64,000 nt of DNA from a virus (taxonomy: Duplodnaviria > Heunggongvirae > Uroviricota > Caudoviricetes). The stretch lies in the IMG/VR virus record IMGVR_UViG_3300037418_001222, one strand, 5' to 3'. How positions within the stretch are numbered: the first letter of the stretch is position 1; every line of letters begins with the position of its first letter. The notes beneath the pieces are model-generated. The model made no database searches. It worked only from the letters and a program-made list of their open reading frames with translations, and was not told the DNA's origin. The position numbers were made by a program, and so were the translations under genes. Positions 41,273-50,136 of the stretch are shown here, one piece after another.

Positions 41273-41690
41273 CTTTCTTCTTTTGGTTTTCCAAGAATGC
41301 CTGAAGCTCAGCAGTAGATCCAACAAATAGATTATTGTTGGTTACATTAGCTACTCCCTTAGAATGAGTAGCACCTGATTTATTATCTAGGTCTGCCTTC
41401 TTCCTATGAGTAGACATTAGTTCTGCATTAGTATCGGCTATTGTCTTGATTAGAGTGGCAATAACCTCAAATGCTCTTGGATGTTGTGATTGTTTAGCTA
41501 TAACCATTAGCTCGTCTACTGCTTCTTTTCCCTTCGCAATTAACTCTTTCAAGTTATCACAAATGTACTCGAAGTCCATGTCTGCTATAGCTTGCTCTAC
41601 TTGGCCCTCATATACAACTAGGTCTTTTGGATCTTCTGGAGCATCTTCAACTCCCATTCCAAGAGCTTTCTTTATGATATCATCGCTCAT
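41265..41690 (-). CDS. gp16: Terminase small subunit
   Basis: SQHPRAFEVIATLIK, NNNLFVGSTAELQ. Confidence 0.92.
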   Translation of the reverse strand: MSDDIIKKALGMGVEDAPEDPKDLVVYEGQVEQAIADMDFEYICDNLKELIAKGKEAVDELMVIAKQSQHPRAFEVIATLIKTIADTNAELMSTHRKKADLDNKSGATHSKGVANVTNNNLFVGSTAELQAFLENQKKKDE

Positions 41691-42502
41691 GTGTTAGCAT
41701 TTAATCCTGAAATAATTTGAACTATATAACCATAATTATCGGTCGAGTTCACATTTGTGTATGGTATTGAATCTGCTAGAACTGTAGTCGGTGTTCCATT
41801 GACAGTTAGACCTGGTTGAACTTCAACGGTCTCTGTAACATTATTTCCATTTGTTAGATCATGGAATGGAACCTTGACGAATTTAATTACTGGATTTCCT
41901 GATGATTCGATTGGTCCAGCAAACTCCCCCTTCATTAGGAACTTCAACTCCCAGATCAGATATCTTCGATCTGTGAACTTTCCCCAGTTCTTCTCATCCT
42001 CATATGTTATTCTATCGAGAACAATAGGAACATCTATCTTATAGCCAAGAGTATCATCCATAATCACAGTGACAGTCAGTGAAGGAGTGAAGTATGGAAG
42101 AATCTGTTCTAATATCTTTAACCCGTCTTCTTCTTCCTTTGCATAGATATAGAGTGTCACATCAAAGTTATATGGAACACCAACAAATTGTGTATCATTG
42201 GTACTTCCATTTCTTAAGCATCTCTGATTTGTACTTTGAAGTTTTCTGGAAGCATCATAAACTGGAGCTCCAAGTACAAATGATAATGCGGGACTAATTG
42301 CTGCAATTTGTCTATCTAGGTTTGGATCTCCATTGAGACGAGCCAGCATCTTATCGTATGAACCATATGTAAGGGGAACCTTTACGTCTTGAACAGAATT
42401 GTCACTCTCACGCGTCCTCTGAATATGGATGTCATTGAATAGAGTTCCAAATACAGTGATGAATCGTCTAGTGACGGCGTGATAAAAGTACTGTCCAAAC
42501 AT
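41687..42502 (-). CDS. gp15: Tail sheath stabilizer / completion protein
   Basis: MFGQYFYH...FGTLFNDI, KVPLTYG, ILEQILPYFTP. Confidence 0.93.
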   Translation of the reverse strand: MFGQYFYHAVTRRFITVFGTLFNDIHIQRTRESDNSVQDVKVPLTYGSYDKMLARLNGDPNLDRQIAAISPALSFVLGAPVYDASRKLQSTNQRCLRNGSTNDTQFVGVPYNFDVTLYIYAKEEEDGLKILEQILPYFTPSLTVTVIMDDTLGYKIDVPIVLDRITYEDEKNWGKFTDRRYLIWELKFLMKGEFAGPIESSGNPVIKFVKVPFHDLTNGNNVTETVEVQPGLTVNGTPTTVLADSIPYTNVNSTDNYGYIVQIISGLNANT

Positions 42503-43161
42503 TATAGTGTATTTCCGTTACCAAATGGATCCTTCTCACTCCAGTCGAGTTCTGTATCAGAAATGTCTTGGATTTCAGGACTCTGATCAACCCAATCGGT
42601 GATTACATTATTAGCTGTTCCATCCATTGCAAACTTAGTAGCAATTATATCAATTTCCGGAATTCCTGTTGCGAATTTCTCTCCATTATATTCTAAGAGT
42701 TCGCATGTAAGATCATATGTCATTAATCTTCCAAGCTGATAGAATATGCTCTGGTGATCTACAAACTTGATCTCATATACCTTCTGATCGAGAGGGAGAT
42801 ACATTAGATCTCCTTCTCTTGGTCTTTCCATCCCAGTAACTTCCTTGAATCGTTTCTGAGAGAATGTGAAGATCGTTTGATCTCTAATTTCTAGACCCAG
42901 TTCTTCAGATGCGAATTTCCCATCTCCACCAAATTTCAGATTAGATTTAAGATAGGTTTCAATAGTGATTGCTTGATTGAATGTTCTAGCCGTAGCTTCT
43001 CTAAACACCTCATCATAGTCCTCCATTTGAAGAGGCATATAATAAGTGTCGAATCCATACGCTTGAATTGACTCAATTACAAATCCCTCATAGAGAGATT
43101 GCTCATTGTTAGCAGAATAAAAATTAAAGTATGGACTTACTGTCATTTCCTGCTTATCCAA
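42502..43161 (-). CDS. gp14: Neck protein
   Basis: EQ.LYE....E.IQ.YG.D.YY.P, RPREGDL.Y, FYQLG, NPFG-like end; start may be 43146. Confidence 0.93.
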   Translation of the reverse strand: MDKQEMTVSPYFNFYSANNEQSLYEGFVIESIQAYGFDTYYMPLQMEDYDEVFREATARTFNQAITIETYLKSNLKFGGDGKFASEELGLEIRDQTIFTFSQKRFKEVTGMERPREGDLMYLPLDQKVYEIKFVDHQSIFYQLGRLMTYDLTCELLEYNGEKFATGIPEIDIIATKFAMDGTANNVITDWVDQSPEIQDISDTELDWSEKDPFGNGNTL

Positions 43162-43897
43162 AGAAAATAGTTGAAGGCAAGCTGTAAGAATTGATCATCT
43201 CGTCTCTTAGTGCCTTGATCTCATCCTGAGCCTCGTCAAGTATCTCTTGACCACTGATCTTAACACCATTAGGTAATTCAACATTCTTGTACTTACGAGT
43301 GTTATTACCCCATTGTCTCTTAATAAGAGCCGTAGTGTATTCCAATAGCCAACGATCTGCCCAAGTTGACGTATATACGTCTGGATCTACAACTTCATAT
43401 GCTTCCACTACAATGTATTGTCCGATTTCTAAGATGTTCCAATCCATATCAATATACAGGATCTGCTTATGTCTATTGTATCTAATCGGTTTAACACCAA
43501 TCAGAACTTCTTGTAAGACATTGAGATGCTGCATCATCATATAGAATGGAACAACGTCAAAGCTAGTCAGAGTATACAAGTCATTTAATGCAATCTGGTA
43601 TTGGACATTAAACATGTTAGCCTGTTGTGATTGATAGAACCCAACAGGAAATATATTGACGGCACCAATAATATTTGGAGGTAGAGTGATATACTTGTTG
43701 TCTTTATCAGTCTGCGTTATAGCATACTTGTAATAAATTTTGTCAGCACCATCAAAGTGGTAATCCCAGAAATATCTTAAGGCTTCATCGATTCTATCAT
43801 CGACCTGTGAGTCGGATACTTCTATATTGATGACGTCAGAACCTAGCGCTCTAAGACACCATTGTTTTAAGTCATCTCTTGACGCAGGTACTGACAT
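43154..43897 (-). CDS. gp13: Neck protein
   Basis: LRALG...INIEV...Q..DRIDEAL.YF.DYHFDG, Y..ALIKRQWG.N. Confidence 0.94.
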   Translation of the reverse strand: MSVPASRDDLKQWCLRALGSDVINIEVSDSQVDDRIDEALRYFWDYHFDGADKIYYKYAITQTDKDNKYITLPPNIIGAVNIFPVGFYQSQQANMFNVQYQIALNDLYTLTSFDVVPFYMMMQHLNVLQEVLIGVKPIRYNRHKQILYIDMDWNILEIGQYIVVEAYEVVDPDVYTSTWADRWLLEYTTALIKRQWGNNTRKYKNVELPNGVKISGQEILDEAQDEIKALRDEMINSYSLPSTIFFG

Positions 43898-43919
43898 TTA
43901 TTTCTCCGTAATAATCGAT

Positions 43920-43927
43920 TATTTAGG
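43920..43927 (-). promoter_or_regulatory. Possible late promoter variant for gp13
   Basis: CCTAAATA (the same variant recurs at 51794-51801). Confidence 0.4.
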
Positions 43928-43938
43928 ATAAAGTCGTA

Positions 43939-45879
43939 TTATGACATCAGCCCATGCGTCTGGAGGAGTGTAAGAATTGAATTAATGGCGGCGCGGGCCT
44001 GTGTGTCAATTGTTGTTCCTCCTGTGGGTTGTGTTATATTAGCCTGTCTGGCAGTAACAACCTGAGTTCCGTTAACCTTGAGAACCTTGCCACTGGCTAA
44101 ATTGAGACCACCATTTTCAATATCGACAATAGTCGAACCAGCAATCCTGAAATAATGGGCTTGCGCGGCACTCGCAATGTCGTAGAACATGCCGAGCGTC
44201 GAATAAGCGAGGATGTCGGCGTAGGTTGTACCGTTCGACGCATTGAAGTTGATCTGCGTATAAAGGTTGCCGGTGTTATACTTAATCAGCGGGTCTTGTG
44301 TGGCTCCATTTATCGAGCCGTCGACTCGGAACTCACCGCTGTAATTGTGAATGAAGCTACCATTAACATACAGATTGTTGCCGACCTTCAATCCATTAGT
44401 GTCAGCAGCTACGTAGCGAGTAAACGTGTCCTTGTAGGCATTTAGGCCATTAATTACTACAGTGGTGGCCCCCGTCTGCGGCGGCGGCTGATCGCCCTCC
44501 GTGTAGCAGTTTAGAAGTGTGCTAGGCCCCTGTACAATAGCTGCGCCGCCGGACCTGATCGACATACCGCTGGTCCATTGCGGGGCATAGGAAGGAGCGG
44601 ACACGATGTCTGTCCAATAATGCCACCAGGTGTTATCGGTTGCTGTGCTGGGGGGCGAATTTGTAGATGCTCCGGTCTCCTGCCCATAGACGCAGTAGAA
44701 TAGGTGGCCGTTATTGAAGCACGCAATGTACGGAACGCCGTTCGTGCCCACATCAATTGTGCCACATGAGGCGAGCTGGTGCGCCATGTGCGTGTTGCCG
44801 AGAAAGGCCTCGTCCCAGATTGCGGCTTGGCGGCAGTAGTTGATGTTCAGCGCCAGCAGCGTTCCGGCGTTGACATCCTCGCCCTTGAGGAACACGCCAT
44901 TGCGGCAATGCTCCATGGCGACGTGATCGATGTAAAAAGTGTTGTCGATGCCTTCAGTGTCTCCACCGGAGCCTGAGCTGATCCACGAATGGATTCCGTC
45001 GCCTTGCCAGTTCTGGATGAACAGGTCGCGAGCGGTGAAGGTGTAATAGGCTTTGATCGCGTGATATTCACCCTCAGTAGAAGTTCCAGAAACCCACCCG
45101 CCTTGTAGAGCCAATCCCTCAATCGTGCATCCTATAACATGAAGTTCAATGCCATTCATTCCAGCGGGCCACTTGAGGACTACGGCATTGCGACCGTAAG
45201 CCGCACCCCCTTCGCCGACAATTCTCATTCCCGCTGTCGTGATTGACAGTGTTGAAGTCATATTAATCACGCTCGAACTAAATGGAATACGCACCTCAGG
45301 TGCGGCACCTCCATAGCCTGTTATATTTGAGCCGGTTTGAGTTTGTGCAAAAGCTACAGCAGCAGTGATTCCTGCACCACCACTGCCGAACCAGTTGGAA
45401 TAAATAGGTCCGCTTTTCTTTCTAACCCATGCGCCAGAAGCTCCCGTGGTGTCCGAAGTTGGTGCAATATAGATACCCTGATTTGGATCGGCGGTAACAT
45501 GTGCAGAATGATCAGATGAATCGAATACAAATATTCCTTCTCTATTAATTTCAGAAAGTATTGCAACTGAATTTGACGTTGATGTCGAAGCGAGATCGTT
45601 TCTAGTAGAGAAGTGTATGGCTTTATTTACAATATTGGGAGCGGATGAATCAATAGACCACACACCACCAGAAATTGTTATATCACCTTTATTTCCATCT
45701 GATACTACTGTAGAAGATTTGACGAATTGTAAATCATTCCATGCGCTAATTCCATCACCAATCTTAAATTGATTTAGAGTAGTATCAACTGCCATCTCTC
45801 CAACAGCCAACACTGGATTTATGCTCTCCCAGTTAGCACTAGTGTCTCTACGTGGTCTTATTCTGGCGTTAGAACTCAT
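43939..45879 (-). CDS. Tail spike/fibre: Mtd_N/hyaluronidase-like N-terminus plus a pectate-lyase-like beta-helix
   Basis: RIRPRRDT.ANW...NPVLA.GE...DT...FKIGDG..AW.DL; repeating beta-helix-like strands; GC-rich core. Confidence 0.75.
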   Translation of the reverse strand: MSSNARIRPRRDTSANWESINPVLAVGEMAVDTTLNQFKIGDGISAWNDLQFVKSSTVVSDGNKGDITISGGVWSIDSSAPNIVNKAIHFSTRNDLASTSTSNSVAILSEINREGIFVFDSSDHSAHVTADPNQGIYIAPTSDTTGASGAWVRKKSGPIYSNWFGSGGAGITAAVAFAQTQTGSNITGYGGAAPEVRIPFSSSVINMTSTLSITTAGMRIVGEGGAAYGRNAVVLKWPAGMNGIELHVIGCTIEGLALQGGWVSGTSTEGEYHAIKAYYTFTARDLFIQNWQGDGIHSWISSGSGGDTEGIDNTFYIDHVAMEHCRNGVFLKGEDVNAGTLLALNINYCRQAAIWDEAFLGNTHMAHQLASCGTIDVGTNGVPYIACFNNGHLFYCVYGQETGASTNSPPSTATDNTWWHYWTDIVSAPSYAPQWTSGMSIRSGGAAIVQGPSTLLNCYTEGDQPPPQTGATTVVINGLNAYKDTFTRYVAADTNGLKVGNNLYVNGSFIHNYSGEFRVDGSINGATQDPLIKYNTGNLYTQINFNASNGTTYADILAYSTLGMFYDIASAAQAHYFRIAGSTIVDIENGGLNLASGKVLKVNGTQVVTARQANITQPTGGTTIDTQARAAINSILTLLQTHGLMS

Positions 45880-46076
45880 GCCGAGCCTCCGTCTATGTCT
45901 ATTAGGATATTAAGCGAGACCGTTGTGGCATCCCCGCCATCTAAATCAAGCGTACTCATGATTATTGAGTCCATTGGGATCCTCACAGCCTCCACCCCAT
46001 CTTTTATGCCAAGAACTGCTGTATTTGCTAAATTTGAAGAGGATGTTATTGGTTGATCACCAATATCTAAAGACAT
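45876..46076 (-). CDS. Small fibre-associated hypothetical protein
   Basis: ORF track; repeated D(L/I)DGG; ATGA overlap with the spike gene. Confidence 0.6.
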   Translation of the reverse strand: MSLDIGDQPITSSSNLANTAVLGIKDGVEAVRIPMDSIIMSTLDLDGGDATTVSLNILIDIDGGSA

Positions 46077-46093
46077 GAATATCTCCTTTATCG

Positions 46094-46101
46094 TATTTAT
46101 T
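46094..46101 (-). promoter_or_regulatory. Late promoter variant
   Basis: AATAAATA, back-to-back with the divergent sigma70 promoter. Confidence 0.6.
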
Positions 46102-46103
46102 TA

Positions 46104-46132
46104 TTGACAATTCTAAATAGTTATGTTATAAT
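46104..46132 (+). promoter_or_regulatory. Perfect-consensus sigma70 promoter with extended -10, driving the plus-strand cassette
   Basis: TTGACA-17 nt-TATAAT, with TG at -15/-14. Confidence 0.88.
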
Positions 46133-46161
46133 GGCTTTGGCCTTTGAAAGTGTATAGTATT

Positions 46162-48744
46162 ATGAATATCTGCTTCATTGATCCTGTTGGTTCCCCCTAT
46201 GATGGATCAACTCCTTATAATCGTGCTCTAGGTGGTTCTGAATCTGCCGTCGTGTACTCCGCGTGTGAACTAGCGAAACTTGGGCATACGGTTACTGTCT
46301 ATAATGACTGTGAGAATCTAGACGCTAAGTCGGGATGTTATGATGGAGTTCACTACAGACCATATAGTTCAATAGAGTGTTTTTCCGATTGGTATAGTGT
46401 CGCAATAGTATCCCGTAGCACAAAACCATTTAATTCAGTCGTTCCAGCTAACTTCAAAGTTCTCTGGATGCACGATACATTCTGTGATGGTGATGAACAA
46501 CTTGAATCTCTAGTAGTTCAAGGTAAGATAGACGAAGTATGGACTCTATCTGATTGGCACACTACTTACATCTCCCAGTGCACTCATGGACATCGTCGAA
46601 TGATGGAAGTCTTGAAGCGAAAGATCTGGGTTACTCGAAATGGAGTGAACATATGGAGAGATGTAGAGATATCAAAGAAACACAAGAATTCTTTTGTGTT
46701 TAATGCCGCTGTATCCAAAGGAATGAAGACTCTATTAGAGGACGTCTGGCCAAAAGTTATTAGTCGAATTCCAGAGGCAACACTATTTGTTATCGGCGGA
46801 GCGTATCCGCTGAAGGATAGTGACGTTCAAAACTCAAAGCTTGAAGAACTAACATTAAAATACGATGGAAAAAATAACGTATTCTTTACTGGACTAATAA
46901 CACAAGAGTCGATAGCAACGTATCTGTCTCAAGCGGCATTCATGATCTATCCTCAGAGCTTTCCAGAGACGTATGGAATCTCTACTGTAGAATCACTAGC
47001 ATACGGTACTCCAGTCATATCTGGACGTTTTGGAGCCATGGAAGAAACGGCCATTGAAGATGGCTGTTATCTTATGGACTACCCGGTAGATTCTAATGTA
47101 CTATATACTTTCAATAGAGAGAACCATCTATCCTATTTTGTAGAAATGGTTGTCAACGCATACAACAATGACTACCTATGGCAGCAAAAAGCTAATGGTG
47201 CTCTTAAAGTTAGAGAGGTATGTGGTTGGAATTCTGTCATTAAGCAATGGCAACAGCACCTCTTTAAGAAGTTGGGTCTATATCTACCGAAGAAGGACTA
47301 TATTGAAGTCCAACAAATAAACCATAGAGTTCATGAGATATTTTATAAGAGATGGAGTAATATTGAGGAATGGGCATTTTACCCTGAAATTGAAAAGAAG
47401 ATACATGTAGTTGTTCCTTTTTACAATGCTTCTCAATACCTTAATAAGTGTATCGAATCAATCCAAACTCAAAATTACGAGAATTATGAAGTTCATCTAA
47501 TTGATGACGCGTCTAGTGACTCTAGCGTAGAAATATGCCAATCAATAATCCACAAAGATCCTAAATTTCATCTTCATAAAAATAAAGAGAACATCGGAGC
47601 TCTAGCTAATCAGGTGGAAGCTCTGATGTATTATATTGATGGCGAGGATGATGACATTGTAGTTCTTATCGATGGAGATGATGCGCTAATTAATGACAAC
47701 AATGTATTCAAGAAGATAAATCGAGCGTATCATAATGGAGCCAAGATGACGTATGGCTCCATGTGGTCAATGGCCGATAATATACCTCTAGTAGCTCAGG
47801 AATATCCAGATTATGTTTTTCAACAAAAGTCCTTCAGAGATTATCGATTTCCTTGGAACATTCCCTATACTCACCTTCGTACGTTCAAATTGGGTCTCTT
47901 TACTGATAGGGTTGATAGTTCTCTCCGTGATAGCAGCGGTTCTTATTATAAGGCTGGAGGTGACAGTGCTTTATTTTACGGACTTATCGAATGTTGTGAG
48001 AAAAGGGATGTCGTGGCTATTCGGGACATTCTCTATCTCTATAATGACTTGAACCCAAATAATGACTACAAGATAAACTCAGAAGAACAGACCAAAAATG
48101 CTAATGAAATTCTTGAAATGAAGTCAATTGATAATTCAAAACCTAAGAGTATCCTAATAGCAATTCCTACTGCTAAGAATATCTGTTCTGATACGTTCAA
48201 GGCGATCTATGATCTAGAGATTCCAGAAGGCTATACAGCGCACTACCAGCACTTCTATGGATATTGCATCGATCAAGTTAGAAATCTAATCGCTCACTAC
48301 ACCATCTCTAATGGATTCGATTATCTATTTTGTGTAGACTATGATATTTCCTTCTCAAGTAACACATTATCAAAACTCTTAACACGAGATAAGGATATTG
48401 TTACCGGTCTTTACATCCAGAGAAAACCAGGACAACACATCTTAGAGCTATACCGAAATACCCCAAACGGACAAGTCAATATTCCTATAAAAGACTTACG
48501 TTCAGAACTCGAAGAGATCGATGGATGTGGTCTTGGGTGTTGTTTAATAAAGACCAATGTTCTCAAATCTGTAGGATATCCACAATTCACATATCATCAT
48601 GCAATTGAAATGAAAGATACTCTTTCAGAAGATGTAGACTTTTGTAATAAGGCTAGAGAAAAAGGATTCAAGATCTGGGCCGACACTACAATTAGATGTA
48701 GACATCATGGTGATACAACTTTTGAAGTAAACACAAATGACTGA
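46162..48744 (+). CDS. Multidomain glycosyltransferase (GT-B/GT4-like + GT2 + second GT-A)
   Basis: GGSESA...YP..FPETYGIS.VES.AYG.PVI (GT-B); VVVPFYN...LIDDASSD...DGDD (GT2); ILIAIPT...DQVRN...CVDYD...SEDVDFC (GT-A); track start is the TTG at 46144. Confidence 0.85.
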   Translation: MNICFIDPVGSPYDGSTPYNRALGGSESAVVYSACELAKLGHTVTVYNDCENLDAKSGCYDGVHYRPYSSIECFSDWYSVAIVSRSTKPFNSVVPANFKVLWMHDTFCDGDEQLESLVVQGKIDEVWTLSDWHTTYISQCTHGHRRMMEVLKRKIWVTRNGVNIWRDVEISKKHKNSFVFNAAVSKGMKTLLEDVWPKVISRIPEATLFVIGGAYPLKDSDVQNSKLEELTLKYDGKNNVFFTGLITQESIATYLSQAAFMIYPQSFPETYGISTVESLAYGTPVISGRFGAMEETAIEDGCYLMDYPVDSNVLYTFNRENHLSYFVEMVVNAYNNDYLWQQKANGALKVREVCGWNSVIKQWQQHLFKKLGLYLPKKDYIEVQQINHRVHEIFYKRWSNIEEWAFYPEIEKKIHVVVPFYNASQYLNKCIESIQTQNYENYEVHLIDDASSDSSVEICQSIIHKDPKFHLHKNKENIGALANQVEALMYYIDGEDDDIVVLIDGDDALINDNNVFKKINRAYHNGAKMTYGSMWSMADNIPLVAQEYPDYVFQQKSFRDYRFPWNIPYTHLRTFKLGLFTDRVDSSLRDSSGSYYKAGGDSALFYGLIECCEKRDVVAIRDILYLYNDLNPNNDYKINSEEQTKNANEILEMKSIDNSKPKSILIAIPTAKNICSDTFKAIYDLEIPEGYTAHYQHFYGYCIDQVRNLIAHYTISNGFDYLFCVDYDISFSSNTLSKLLTRDKDIVTGLYIQRKPGQHILELYRNTPNGQVNIPIKDLRSELEEIDGCGLGCCLIKTNVLKSVGYPQFTYHHAIEMKDTLSEDVDFCNKAREKGFKIWADTTIRCRHHGDTTFEVNTND

Positions 48745-49456
48745 TACTTACGACACTCAATTTGCACTTAATGAATTTCAAACATCTGGTGAGCTCCAAC
48801 TTATGGATAAGCTAGCAGATTTCCAATTTAGTACCATCTTTGATGTTGGAGCCAATATTGGCGAATGGACTAAGATGGTTAGAGACGGAAGGCAAGTTCA
48901 GGCTAACTTTCACTGCTTTGAGCCGGTTCCAGAAGTCTTCACGAGACTAATTTCAAATGTATATTGTGATAAGGTGATGCCCAATCCATTTGGACTATCA
49001 TCTCAGTCGGAAATAAGAGAGATGTTATTTGATCATGATAATGATCGACTAACTACACCATGTATGGAGCTAGCTAGAACTAATCCAGAGGTTAGACATC
49101 TTCTATTCCTAGACGGTGACAATTATTGCCATAGTAGAAAGATTGATTTTGTTGACTTTCTTAAACTTGACACTGAGGGTCATGAATATCAGATATTGAA
49201 GGGATTCTCTTCAATGTTAGAGAATCAGAAGATCACAATGATTCAATTTGAATATGGATATGCCAATGTCCTCACGAAAGATCTATTAATCGATTTTTAT
49301 AAATTGTTGACTCCATTGGATTATGCTATCGGAAAGTTACTACCTAATGGTGTTGACTTCAAGACATATGGTTTATTGGACGAGGATTTCAAAGGTCCAA
49401 ATTATGTTGCTATTCATAGGTCTAGACCGGATATTATTGAGAAGATACAACTATGA
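48737..49456 (+). CDS. FkbM-family SAM methyltransferase
   Basis: IFDVGANIG, HCFEP, FLKLDTEGHE..IL.G, IQFEY. Confidence 0.9.
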   Translation: MTDTYDTQFALNEFQTSGELQLMDKLADFQFSTIFDVGANIGEWTKMVRDGRQVQANFHCFEPVPEVFTRLISNVYCDKVMPNPFGLSSQSEIREMLFDHDNDRLTTPCMELARTNPEVRHLLFLDGDNYCHSRKIDFVDFLKLDTEGHEYQILKGFSSMLENQKITMIQFEYGYANVLTKDLLIDFYKLLTPLDYAIGKLLPNGVDFKTYGLLDEDFKGPNYVAIHRSRPDIIEKIQL

Positions 49457-50019
49457 AAAACTTATGGGAAGTATGGACGTCAGCAATAAGTGAGCAATAT
49501 TGTGACTATATTATTGAAAAAGCAACTAAACACCCTGTAATTGATGCTACGATTGGATTCGACAATAGTAACTTTGAGGATCACGGATATAGATCATCTT
49601 CTATACGCTGGCTAGATGTGCTAGGCCAGGATTCGGATATCGCTGAGACTCTAATGAGGTTTGTTAGAAGATCTAATAGAAACAACTTTGGTTTCAATAT
49701 TGGAACTATGAATGAGATACAATATACAGAGTATCATGCTTCTTCGGGTGGAAAATACGACTGGCATCATGACGTATTCTGGGAGAATGATATGCCATAC
49801 GACAGAAAACTATCAGTCGTAATTCAGTTATCAAATCCTAGTGACTATAATGGAGCTCAGTTCGAATTCTTTGGAATGCCTAGTCCAACACCAGAACAGT
49901 GGTCACCAAGAGGATCTGTATTAATATTCCCGTCATTTTTCTTCCACAAAGTAAATCCTATCACTAGTGGAACGAGAATATCTCTAGTATCTTGGATCGA
50001 AGGTCCTAAGTGGTCGTAG
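49453..50019 (+). CDS. 2OG-Fe(II) oxygenase (prolyl-4-hydroxylase/PKHD-like)
   Basis: YDWHHD (HxD), RKLS..IQL, FPS...H.V.PI..G.R.SLVSW. Confidence 0.9.
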   Translation: MKNLWEVWTSAISEQYCDYIIEKATKHPVIDATIGFDNSNFEDHGYRSSSIRWLDVLGQDSDIAETLMRFVRRSNRNNFGFNIGTMNEIQYTEYHASSGGKYDWHHDVFWENDMPYDRKLSVVIQLSNPSDYNGAQFEFFGMPSPTPEQWSPRGSVLIFPSFFFHKVNPITSGTRISLVSWIEGPKWS

Positions 50020-50024
50020 TATGT

Positions 50025-50126
50025 TTACCATGAACCGCCATTTAACCACATTCTAATCCAATAATATGGTGCCATAATAACCATTGCCAAGCATCCAAGG
50101 CATCCAACGCTACTATTATCACTCAT
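50025..50126 (-). CDS. 33-aa hydrophobic peptide (MSDNSSVGCLGCLAMVIMAPYYWIRMWLNGGSW)
   Basis: Read manually; AGGAG SD. Confidence 0.55.
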   Translation of the reverse strand: MSDNSSVGCLGCLAMVIMAPYYWIRMWLNGGSW

Positions 50127-50136
50127 TTAATTTCTC

